From: Gemmatimonadales bacterium
GTDB lineage: Bacteria > Gemmatimonadota > Gemmatimonadetes > Gemmatimonadales > GWC2-71-9
Direction of reading: 5' to 3'
DNA length: 64,000 nt
Assembly (NCBI GenBank): GCA_035602245.1
Contig: DATNMO010000022.1
Span: 5,836-69,835 of the forward strand
Below, one piece after another: positions 27,284 through 35,369 of the stretch. Position 1 is the first letter of the stretch; every line of letters begins with the position of its first letter. The notes below the pieces were generated by a model. The model was not told the origin of the DNA. It saw only the letters and a list, made by a program, of their open reading frames with translations, and did not search any database. Position numbers and translations under genes: made by a program.

Positions 27284-30013
27284 TCAGGCCGCGTCCGACG
27301 TGGAAAAGATGTGCTGCAGGTCGAGCGCCGTGCGCGCGTGCATGCGCGCGCGCTGGGCGTACGGCCCGCCGGGATCGATGCGCGTCACCCGTTCCCAAGC
27401 TTCGACCGCCTCGCCGTAGCTCTGCACACGGGCGAGCGTGGCGCCGAGGTAGAACAGCGCCCCGGTGTGCTCGGGATCGAACTTGAGGGCGCGGCGGAAT
27501 GCCTCGAGCGCCTCGGCGTTGCGTTTATCGTCGAGCAGCGCGCGCCCCAGCAGCAGCAGCGCGTCGAGGTCGTAGGGGTCCTGCTCCAGCATCTCGGCCA
27601 GCCGCACGACGGCGTCGCGGAGCCGGCCCGAGCGGCGCAGCAAGTCCGACAGGGCGAGCGCCGCTTCGTGGAACGTAGGCAGGGCCTCGAGCGCCTGCTC
27701 GTAGGCGCGCTGGGCCGGTGCCCACTCCTCGTCCTGCTCGTGCAGGCGTCCGAGGTCCAGCCACACCTGGACGAATCCGTGATCGAGGTCGAGCGCGGCT
27801 TTATACGCCTGCCGCGCCCCTTGTCGATCGCCGACCTTGAGCGCGATGTCGCCCTGGAGCTTGTGCAGATCGGGCCGGGCCGGCGCGCGCGTTTGCGCCT
27901 GCCGCAACGCGGTGAGCGCGCCCGCCGCGTCCCCGACGGCGGCGCGCGCTTTGGCGGCGGCCAGGAGCACCTCGACATCCTCGGGCGCGCGCGCCACCAA
28001 TTCCTCGACGAGCGGCAGCGCTTCCGCGGCCCGTTGGACCGCGAGCAGGCTCTTCACCTCGCCCAGCGCGGCGGCGGCGTTGGCCGCGTCGAGCGTCCGC
28101 GCCTCGCGATAGCGCTCCAGCGCCTCGCCGTGGAGGCCACGCTGCGCATAGATGTCGCCGAGCAGGGTGGCCGCCTGGCCGCGGTCCGCGCCGCGCTGCA
28201 CGGCGCGCATCGCTTCCGCCACCGCGAGGTCCATCATCCCCTTGCTCACGTAGTCGCGTGCCAGCGCGAGCGCATCGTCCTTCGATTTCTGAGCGGCGCC
28301 CTGCGCCGCCGCGCCCTGGGCGGTGCCGGACGATGCGGGCGCGAGCTCCTGGAAAATGTTGTCGAGCAGCCGTTGGTCGAAGGCGAACTCGGTGCCCAGG
28401 TTCTCGGCGGTCACGTCCGCGGAGATCTCGGGGACGATCCCGATCGCCACGGTTTCGTACTGCAGGTCGATCGCCAGCGCGAACTTCTGCGAGACGTAGT
28501 AGGGGTCGAGCTCGAGCGCGCGCTTGGTCGCCCGCAGCGCGCCGTCGAAATCGCCGAGGTTCGAGAGCGTGAAGCTCAAGTTGTAGTGGGCACCCGCATT
28601 CTGGGGATCCGCCTCGACCGCGCGCACGAATGCGTTGCGGGCGTCCGGAAACCGCTTCAGCTCGACGAGCACGAGGCCCACGCCGTTCCAGGCGGGAGCC
28701 GACGTCGGATGGTCGGCGAGCACCTGGCGGTAGGCCTCGAGGGCCAGCTGGAAGCGGCGCAGGTGCGTCAAGAGCAGCGCGAGGTTGAGCCGCGCGCCCA
28801 CGAACCCGGAGGAGAGCTGCAGCGCGCGCCGGAATGCCTCAATCGCGTCCTCGGTGTCGCTCTGGTGGGCGAGCACGACCCCGACGTTGTTCCACGCCAG
28901 GGCGTAGCGCGGGTCCACCTCCGCCGCCTGGCGGTAGGACGCGAGCGCGTCGGCGGTGCGGCCGGCCTGATGCAGGACCACGCCACGCTCGTTCCACAGT
29001 TTGGGAGAGTCCGGCACGTCGTGGATCAGCGACTCGTACAGGTCCAGCGCGTCCGCGAAGTCGCGCTTCAGCAGGTGGACCTCCGCCATGGCCTGGCGCA
29101 CGAGGCGGCGGTCTTCGCCCCGCTCGATCGCGAGCCTGTATTCGCGCAGCGCCTCCGCGTAATAGCCCTTCTGGCGGAACGCGAGGCCCAAGTTGTAATG
29201 CGCCAGCTCGCTTCCCTCGGCGACTTCCGGCGCCGGCGCATCGCGCACCCGGTCCTCGGCTGACTGGCGCTCCGCGCGGTAGCGCTCGAGCGACAGGTTG
29301 GTCTGCGCGCGGGCGAGCGGCGGGTTGAGCTGGATGGCCCGCTTCGACGCCGCGCGCGCGTCCTGATGACGGCCCATGTCCCCCAGCACGAACGCCATCA
29401 GGTAGTGCGCGTTGGCGTTGTCGGGGTTCAATGCCACCGCCCGCTCGAGCTCTGCCAGGGCCGGCTCGTTCAGCCCGCGGTTGTAGTAGACCTCGCCCAA
29501 ATAGAAGTGCACGACGCTGGACTCGGGATCCAACTCGACGGCGCGCAGCAGCCAGTCCGTGGCGATCTCCAGGCGGCCCCGGCTCTTCTCGGCGAGCCCG
29601 AGCTGGATCAGGGCCGCCACGTCCTTGGGCTTGTGGGCGAGCAGCTCCTCGAACTCCGCGACCGCTTCGTCGAAAGCGCCGAGGATCGCGTAGGTGCGGC
29701 CCAGCTCCCAGCGCGGCTCGCGCTCGTCGGGCGCCTGCCGGAGCCGCTCCTGCAGCTCGGCGACACGGCGGTCGTAGTAGCCGGTGTTGTGGTAGGAAAT
29801 CTCGAGGTTGCGCTGCGCGACCTGCATCTTGGGGTCGAGCTCGAGCGCGCGCGTGAACTGCTCGATGGCCTCGGGGACGAGGCCCTTCTGGTAGTAGAGG
29901 ACCCCGAGATTGTTATGCGCGCCCGCATCCGACGGATCGATCCGGCGGGCGAAGGATCGGAGAACGGCGAGGTCGCGTTCGGAAACGGGCGGCGTCGCAG
30001 CTGGCGCCGTCAC
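27284..30013 (-). CDS. Large TPR-repeat scaffold protein (909 aa)
   Basis: Nearly the entire length reads as consecutive 34-aa TPR units (NLGVLYYQKGLVPEAIEQFTRALELDPK..., repeated more than 20 times). No signal peptide, TM helix or catalytic motif was seen. GTG start 3 nt after the cheC stop. Confidence 0.85.
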   Translation of the reverse strand: MTAPAATPPVSERDLAVLRSFARRIDPSDAGAHNNLGVLYYQKGLVPEAIEQFTRALELDPKMQVAQRNLEISYHNTGYYDRRVAELQERLRQAPDEREPRWELGRTYAILGAFDEAVAEFEELLAHKPKDVAALIQLGLAEKSRGRLEIATDWLLRAVELDPESSVVHFYLGEVYYNRGLNEPALAELERAVALNPDNANAHYLMAFVLGDMGRHQDARAASKRAIQLNPPLARAQTNLSLERYRAERQSAEDRVRDAPAPEVAEGSELAHYNLGLAFRQKGYYAEALREYRLAIERGEDRRLVRQAMAEVHLLKRDFADALDLYESLIHDVPDSPKLWNERGVVLHQAGRTADALASYRQAAEVDPRYALAWNNVGVVLAHQSDTEDAIEAFRRALQLSSGFVGARLNLALLLTHLRRFQLALEAYRQVLADHPTSAPAWNGVGLVLVELKRFPDARNAFVRAVEADPQNAGAHYNLSFTLSNLGDFDGALRATKRALELDPYYVSQKFALAIDLQYETVAIGIVPEISADVTAENLGTEFAFDQRLLDNIFQELAPASSGTAQGAAAQGAAQKSKDDALALARDYVSKGMMDLAVAEAMRAVQRGADRGQAATLLGDIYAQRGLHGEALERYREARTLDAANAAAALGEVKSLLAVQRAAEALPLVEELVARAPEDVEVLLAAAKARAAVGDAAGALTALRQAQTRAPARPDLHKLQGDIALKVGDRQGARQAYKAALDLDHGFVQVWLDLGRLHEQDEEWAPAQRAYEQALEALPTFHEAALALSDLLRRSGRLRDAVVRLAEMLEQDPYDLDALLLLGRALLDDKRNAEALEAFRRALKFDPEHTGALFYLGATLARVQSYGEAVEAWERVTRIDPGGPYAQRARMHARTALDLQHIFSTSDAA

Positions 30014-30016
30014 GGA

Positions 30017-30634
30017 TCAGGTCAGGCGGATGGCGTCGAAGATGGCCTTGAGGGACGCCAAGTCGGGCAAGAGCAGGAAGTGGCCGCGCAGCCCGTCTTG
30101 GGCATCGATGTTGAACTCCGTCTCGACGCAAAACACGAAGTCCCGGTCGTGCCCGAAGTTCAGGTAGGTCGTCGTGAGGACGGCGGCCGAGACATCCACC
30201 ACCAGGCTCGGCACGGACGGCAACAGCAGCATCCCCATGAACTCCGACAGCGCATTCATGTACGCGCCCGAGAGGATGTTACCGGCTTCCTTGAGGCAGG
30301 ACTGCTCGATGGTCTCGAACGCGCTGGTCGTCCCCAGGGGGCGGCGCAGCAGCATGTCGCACAGCCGCCGCGCCACCGGCTCTGGGAAGAGGAGCAGCGT
30401 ACGCCCCGTGAGGTCCCCCAGCATGTGCATCAGCACGGCAGCGACGACCGCCTGCGGGTCGCCGAGGAGCGAGGGCACCTCCTCGAGCCGCGCGATATTG
30501 ATCTCCGGCACGGAGATCATGATCCGCCGGTTCGTCATCTGCGACAGCGCGGTGGCGGCGTGGCCGGCGCCGATGTTGGCGACCTCCCGCAGGGCGTCGA
30601 GCTGCAGCGCCTTCAGATCGCGGACGTCCTCCAT
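30017..30634 (-). CDS. cheC: CheY-P phosphatase CheC
   Basis: 205 aa with both CheC-type ExxNxxxG sites: LREVANIGAGHAATAL and LKEAGNILSGAYMNAL. Confidence 0.85.
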   Translation of the reverse strand: MEDVRDLKALQLDALREVANIGAGHAATALSQMTNRRIMISVPEINIARLEEVPSLLGDPQAVVAAVLMHMLGDLTGRTLLLFPEPVARRLCDMLLRRPLGTTSAFETIEQSCLKEAGNILSGAYMNALSEFMGMLLLPSVPSLVVDVSAAVLTTTYLNFGHDRDFVFCVETEFNIDAQDGLRGHFLLLPDLASLKAIFDAIRLT

Positions 30635-30646
30635 GCCCTCTCCTCT

Positions 30647-32557
30647 CTACACCAGTCCGGCGGCGTCGAGAATCAGCGCCGGGACTCCGTCGCCCATGAT
30701 CGTCGCGCCGCTGAACACCGGCAGCGTGCCCCGGGGCGCCTGGAACCCCTTCACGACGATCTCCTGCTGGCTGACCATCCCATCCACCACGATGCCCGTG
30801 CACCGTTCGCCCATTTCCAGCACGATCACCGGGCGGCGGGCCGGCGGCGGCGCGGCGTCGGCGGCGACGCCGAGCAGGCTGCGGAGGTGCACGAGCGGCA
30901 CCACGCGATCGCGCAGCACCATCGCCTCGCGGCCTTCCATCGTCGTGATCGCCGTCGTGCCGAATTCGACCGTCTCGGCGACGTAGGTGAGCGGCAGCGC
31001 GTAGCGCTCCGGGCCCACGGCGGCGATCAGCGCGCGCACGATCGCGAGCGTGACGGGCAGGCGCAGCACGAACGTCGTGCCCTTCCCCGGCTGGGTGCGG
31101 ATCTCGATCGAACCGCCGAGCGCGCGGATCCGCGTCATCGCCACATCGATGCCGACGCCCCGGCCCGACACGTTCGTGACGGCGTCCGCCGTCGAGAAGC
31201 CGGGACGTGCGAGCACGCGCAGCAGCGCGTCGTCCGACAACGTTTCGACGTGCGGGCCCACCAGCCCTTCGCGCTTCGCCTTCGCGAGGATCCGCGCGCG
31301 GTCGATGCCGCCGCCGTCATCCGAGATGCTGATCGCGACGCTGGAGCGCTCGCGGACCGCGGCGAGCACGATCTCGCCTTCCGGCTTTTTCTTGCGGCGG
31401 GTGCGCTCGGCGGGCGTTTCGATCCCGTGGTCCACCGCGTTGCGGAGCAGGTGCACCAGCGGGTCGCCCAGCTCGTCGAGGATCGCGCGATCCAGCTCGA
31501 TTTCCTTCCCTTCCACACGGAACGCGATCTGCTTGTGGAGCTGGCGCGCGAGGTCGCGCACCAGGCGCGGGAAGCGATCGAAGACCTGCCACACCGGCGT
31601 CATCCGCGCCTGGATGATTTCGGCTTGCAGATCGGCGGAAAGCCGCGAGATCTGAATGGCGACATCGTCGATCGCGGGTTCCCGGAAGCGCGCCGCCAGC
31701 TCGTTCAGCCGCCCGCGCGCGGTGACCAACTCTCCGATCAGGTCCATGAGCGCGTCGAGCCGCCGCAGGTCCACCCGGATGTGGCGGCCGCGCCCCCCTC
31801 CACCGGCACTCTCCGCCGGCGTCACCTGCCCCTCGTCGCCCCCGCCCTCCCCCGCGACCGTCACCCGCTCCACGTCGCCTACGGACCGGACCGCGGCTTC
31901 GATCGCCGCGGCCGTCGCCGCCGTATCGATGTCGAAGGCGAAGCGACCGTCGAAGTCGTCGGCTTCGAACGCCGAAAGCGGAGGCTGGATGCGTTGCACA
32001 CTGCCCAGGCTCTGCGCTTTGCGGACGATCAGCATGGCGCGCCCGCCCTTGAGCTGCGCCTCGGGACGGAGAATCACGTGAACCGGGCGACCGGCAGCGG
32101 CAGGCGGGGGCGGGGGCGCGAGCGGCTCGGCAGGCTCGGCAGGTTGTGGCTCCCGCGCCGGCGCGGCGCGTGGCGCCAGCCGAGCCACCGCGCGGTCCAG
32201 ATCCGCGACGACGCCGGCCAGATCGGCCTCGCGCTCGCGGTTCGCCACCGCCAGGCCGACGGCTTTCTCGAGCGCGTCGGTGGCGCGGAACAAGAGCTGC
32301 AGCGTGTCGTCCGTCGGAGGGCGGCCGCCGCGCCGCAAGTGATCGAGCAGATTCTCCATGCGGTGGGCGAGATCGGCGACCCGGGCGTAGCCCATGGTGG
32401 CCGCCATGCCCTTCACCGTATGTACCGCGCGGAAGATCCCGCTGACCGGTTCCGGCGAGGCCGGGCGGCGCTCCCACTCGAGCAGCAGCTGGTTGCAGGC
32501 GCTCAAGTGCTCGCGGCTCTCGGCCAGGAACAGCTCGGCGTACTGCGACAGATCCAT
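30647..32557 (-). CDS. cheA: Chemotaxis histidine kinase CheA (P1-P2-like-P3-P4-P5)
   Basis: 636 aa from ATG 32557 (MDLSQYAELFLAES). Hpt His in FRAVHTVKGMAATMG. Dimerisation IRVDLRRLDALMDLIGELV. N-box HLLRNAVDHGIE, G1 DDGGGID, G2 SGRGVGIDV. C-terminal CheW-like P5 (RYALPLTYVAETVEF). The ORF-track start at 32683 overlaps cheY. Confidence 0.92.
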   Translation of the reverse strand: MDLSQYAELFLAESREHLSACNQLLLEWERRPASPEPVSGIFRAVHTVKGMAATMGYARVADLAHRMENLLDHLRRGGRPPTDDTLQLLFRATDALEKAVGLAVANREREADLAGVVADLDRAVARLAPRAAPAREPQPAEPAEPLAPPPPPAAAGRPVHVILRPEAQLKGGRAMLIVRKAQSLGSVQRIQPPLSAFEADDFDGRFAFDIDTAATAAAIEAAVRSVGDVERVTVAGEGGGDEGQVTPAESAGGGGRGRHIRVDLRRLDALMDLIGELVTARGRLNELAARFREPAIDDVAIQISRLSADLQAEIIQARMTPVWQVFDRFPRLVRDLARQLHKQIAFRVEGKEIELDRAILDELGDPLVHLLRNAVDHGIETPAERTRRKKKPEGEIVLAAVRERSSVAISISDDGGGIDRARILAKAKREGLVGPHVETLSDDALLRVLARPGFSTADAVTNVSGRGVGIDVAMTRIRALGGSIEIRTQPGKGTTFVLRLPVTLAIVRALIAAVGPERYALPLTYVAETVEFGTTAITTMEGREAMVLRDRVVPLVHLRSLLGVAADAAPPPARRPVIVLEMGERCTGIVVDGMVSQQEIVVKGFQAPRGTLPVFSGATIMGDGVPALILDAAGLV

Positions 32558-32559
32558 GG

Positions 32560-32922
32560 CTAGCCCAGCACGCGCTGGACGGCTTCGAGCACGCGGGACG
32601 GCTGGAATGGTTTGACGACGAAGTCCTTGGCCCCCGCCTGGATGGCCTCCACGACCAGCGCTTGCTGGCCCATGGCGCTGCACATCAGGATCTTGGCGTC
32701 GGGGTCGTGCTTGACGATTTCCCGGACGGCATCAATGCCCCCCATGTCGGGCATCACGATGTCCATCGTCACGAGATCGGGCTTGAGCTGCCGGTATTTC
32801 TCCACCGCCTGCGACCCGGTTTCAGCCTCACCGACGACCTCGAACCCGGCCTGCGCCAGGATGTCGGTGATCATCGTGCGCATGAAGATCGCGTCGTCAC
32901 AGACGAGAACAGTGTGGCTCAC
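32560..32922 (-). CDS. cheY: Chemotaxis response regulator CheY
   Basis: 120 aa single REC domain: VLVCDDAIFMR, LVTMDIVMPDMGG (phospho-Asp), CSAMG, FVVKPF. GTG start preceded by AAGGAGG. Confidence 0.92.
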   Translation of the reverse strand: MSHTVLVCDDAIFMRTMITDILAQAGFEVVGEAETGSQAVEKYRQLKPDLVTMDIVMPDMGGIDAVREIVKHDPDAKILMCSAMGQQALVVEAIQAGAKDFVVKPFQPSRVLEAVQRVLG

Positions 32923-32932
32923 TGCTCCCTCC

Positions 32933-33436
32933 TTAAGTAGTCATAATCGGGCCCAGTAGCGCCGCGATGTCCAGAACCACGAAGAGCTGTCCGTTGCGCC
33001 GGCCCACCGCTCGCACCAGCGTCGGATCGACGCCCGCGAGCCCAGTGCGATCCTCGAGCGTCGTGTCGCCGACCGCGAGCATATCCATGACCTCGTCCAC
33101 CGTGAAGCCGACGAGCTTGCGGCCTGTTTCTCCTTCGCCTTTCGCTCCCAACTCCAGGATGATCGTCGAGCCTTGCCGCTCCCCGTTTTCCGAGGGAGAG
33201 CCGGGTGGGAGCGGGGGTGCGGGAGTGGGGGGCGACTGCCCCAGAGCACGCCACCCTTCCACGACGGTCACCAGCGTGCCGCGGATATTCACGAGCCCCG
33301 CGACGACCGGGGGCGCGCCCGGAATACGCGTCGTTGGGAGGCGCGGGAGAATCTCCCGCACTTGGTCGACCTCGGCCGCGCAAGCCAGGTTTCCCACACG
33401 GAAAACGAGCAGTCGGGCGAGGCTTGCTTCACTCAT
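32933..33436 (-). CDS. cheW: Chemotaxis coupling protein CheW (third copy)
   Basis: 167 aa from ATG 33436: RLLVFRVGNLACAAEVDQVREILP...VAGLVNIRGTLVTVVEGWRALG is a CheW fold pattern. The start overlaps the rluD stop by 8 nt. Confidence 0.8.
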   Translation of the reverse strand: MSEASLARLLVFRVGNLACAAEVDQVREILPRLPTTRIPGAPPVVAGLVNIRGTLVTVVEGWRALGQSPPTPAPPLPPGSPSENGERQGSTIILELGAKGEGETGRKLVGFTVDEVMDMLAVGDTTLEDRTGLAGVDPTLVRAVGRRNGQLFVVLDIAALLGPIMTT

Positions 33437-34454
33437 CGGATGTGAAGAAGCCAAGATACTGCAAGGGGTTGGGCTCGGCAAGCAAGTTTGCGTCGTCTGC
33501 CGCCGCGGCCAGCGCGGGCCGCAAATCCGCGGGCCATTCTGACATGAGCTCGAGCGGCGCGCCGCTCACCGGATGCGCGAACCTGAGCGCCGCCGCGTGC
33601 AACAACTGCCGCGGTGCGAGCGCCTCGAGCCGTTCGGCCGCGGCGCGCGCCGACGGGGTGACGCGGCGGCTCCCCCCGAACGCATACTCGCGGTCGCCCA
33701 CCACCGGACAGCCGACGTGCGCGAGGTGGACGCGGATTTGGTGCGTGCGCCCGGTGCCGAGGCGGACGCGCAGGAGATCGGCGTTGGCGAAGCGCGCCAC
33801 GACGGCGGCGTGCGTGACGGCGTGGCGCCCGCCCTCCGCGACCGTCATGCGCTTGCGCTCCTTGGGATGGCGCGCGATCGGCGCCTCGATGTCCACGGCA
33901 TTCTTGCGGAGATGGCCCCAGACGAGCGCCGCGTAGATGCGCGTGACCTGGCGCCGCTCGATCGCGCCCGCGAGGCGGCGGTGGGCGAGATCGGTCTTGG
34001 CGACGAGGAGCAGACCGGAGGTATCACGGTCCAGCCGATGCACGATCCCCGGCCGCCCTGCCGTCACGCCACTCGACAATTCCGTGCCCCGCCCCACGAG
34101 GACGTTCACCAGCGTGTCGTTCCAGTGACCGGGGCCGGGGTGAACGACGAGACCGGCGGGCTTGTCGAGCACCGCGAGGTGCTCGTCTTCGTAGATGAAG
34201 CGCAATTCCGCGTGCGCGGGGGCGTAGGTGCGCGGCGGGGGCTCGTCGGGAGGAAACTGGACCGTGACTTCGGCACCGCGCTCGAGCACGGCGGAGGCGC
34301 GGAGCGGCTTGCCGCGCGCACTGACGCGCTTGTCGGCGATGAGGCGTCCGGCCTGGGTACGCGAGAGGGCGAGCTGATCGGCGAGGAAGCGGTCGAGACG
34401 TTCCGTCTGGTCCGCCGTGACACAAAACGTCACGGCAGCGGGGGGTGGAGTCAC
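33429..34454 (-). CDS. rluD: 23S rRNA pseudouridine synthase, RluD/RluA family
   Basis: S4-like N-terminus (ERLDRFLADQLALSRTQAGRLI), catalytic HRLDRDTSGLLLVAK, and GRTHQIRVHLAH. Start chosen at GTG 34454 (GTGA overlap with the lspA stop). The longer ORF overlaps lspA. Confidence 0.88.
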   Translation of the reverse strand: MTPPPAAVTFCVTADQTERLDRFLADQLALSRTQAGRLIADKRVSARGKPLRASAVLERGAEVTVQFPPDEPPPRTYAPAHAELRFIYEDEHLAVLDKPAGLVVHPGPGHWNDTLVNVLVGRGTELSSGVTAGRPGIVHRLDRDTSGLLLVAKTDLAHRRLAGAIERRQVTRIYAALVWGHLRKNAVDIEAPIARHPKERKRMTVAEGGRHAVTHAAVVARFANADLLRVRLGTGRTHQIRVHLAHVGCPVVGDREYAFGGSRRVTPSARAAAERLEALAPRQLLHAAALRFAHPVSGAPLELMSEWPADLRPALAAAADDANLLAEPNPLQYLGFFTSDE

Positions 34455-34966
34455 GGCTCCGCCGCCTGCGCCTCCTTGGCCCGCTGCTGCGCGCGACCCT
34501 CTTGCCAGAGGGAGAGTCCCAACGCGATGGCGCCGACCGTTATGGCCGAATCGGCGACGTTGAAGGTGGGCCAGCGCCAGGCACCGATGCCGATATCCAG
34601 AAAGTCCACGACGCCCTGCGCGCTGCGGATGCGGTCGATGAGGTTGCCGACCGCGCCGCCACATACGAGCGCCAGCGCCAGCAGCCGGAACCGGTCGCCG
34701 GGACGGGTGCTGCGCACCAGCGACCCGAGCACGAACAGAGCGACGATGGCGAGCCCGAAGAAGATCCAGCGCGAGTTCTCGCCCAGGTGCAAGCCGAACG
34801 CGGCGCCCTGGTTGTAGACGAGGCGCAGCTGCACGAACTCACCGATGACCGGCAACGGCAGCCGCCGCGCCAGGAATGCTTCAGCGATCAGCTTGGTGAC
34901 GAAGTCGGCGACGACCACCGCCACCGCCGTCCCCCAGAACAGCCGACGCTCAGCGGCGTTTACCAT
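34451..34966 (-). CDS. lspA: Lipoprotein signal peptidase II
   Basis: 171 aa from ATG 34966. 4 TM helices. Motifs NQGAAFG and FNVADSAITVG. Confidence 0.85.
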   Translation of the reverse strand: MVNAAERRLFWGTAVAVVVADFVTKLIAEAFLARRLPLPVIGEFVQLRLVYNQGAAFGLHLGENSRWIFFGLAIVALFVLGSLVRSTRPGDRFRLLALALVCGGAVGNLIDRIRSAQGVVDFLDIGIGAWRWPTFNVADSAITVGAIALGLSLWQEGRAQQRAKEAQAAEP

Positions 34967-35369
34967 CTTCTTCTTTCGCCTTGCACTTGATGCACAGGCG
35001 CGCGTGGGGAAGCGCGTCCAGGCGGTCGAAGCCGATTTCATCACCGCACTGTTCGCATTTCCCGAACCGCTCCGGCGTGCCGTACAGCCGGCGCAACGCC
35101 TCGTTCACGTGCCACAGGTAGCGACCCTCCTGCGACGCGAACAGGAACTGCTTCTCTCGTTCCATCGCGTCGGTGCCCTGGTCGGCCATGTGAAAGGAGT
35201 AGCTCGAGAGGTCGCCGTCCGAGGCCTGGAGGCTCGAGTTGAACGACTCGCCGTAGTGACCCAGCTCCTTGATGACGCGGGTGCGCTCCTCGAGGAGCCG
35301 CTTTTCGAGATGGCTCAGCTGTTTCTTGCTGAGGCCTTTCGCTTTCACTTTCGTGGATTTCGTCGGCAT
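34950..35369 (-). CDS. DksA/TraR-family C4 zinc-finger protein (YlyA-like position)
   Basis: 139 aa. Coiled-coil N-terminal half and CEQCGDEIGFDRLDALPHARLCIKCK zinc finger. Located between ileS and lspA. Confidence 0.8.
   Translation of the reverse strand: MPTKSTKVKAKGLSKKQLSHLEKRLLEERTRVIKELGHYGESFNSSLQASDGDLSSYSFHMADQGTDAMEREKQFLFASQEGRYLWHVNEALRRLYGTPERFGKCEQCGDEIGFDRLDALPHARLCIKCKAKEEDGKRR

Noticed and set aside
32020-32090. The CheA segment between P1 and P3 (aa ~157-234, RPVHVILRPEAQLKGGRAMLIVRK...VGDVERVTV) as a novel inserted domain
   Set aside because: Its beta-alpha-beta pattern and position match the P2-type CheY-binding domain seen in Bacillus/Thermotoga-class CheA proteins as far as I recall. 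It is most simply an ordinary, divergent P2.
29366-32563. Very long plus-strand ORFs: 29366-32563 (1065 aa), 49114-51594 (826 aa), 36668-39094 (808 aa), 27152-29263 (703 aa), 22167-24176 (669 aa), 5954-7684 (576 aa), 9828-11489 (553 aa), and others
   Set aside because: Each is fully antisense to a minus-strand gene with unmistakable motifs (cheA, ftsH, ileS, TPR, DnaA-like, mraY/murF, ftsI). Their translations are Arg/Gly/His/Pro/Asp-rich with no recognisable motif. Stop-poor antisense frames are expected at ~70% GC.
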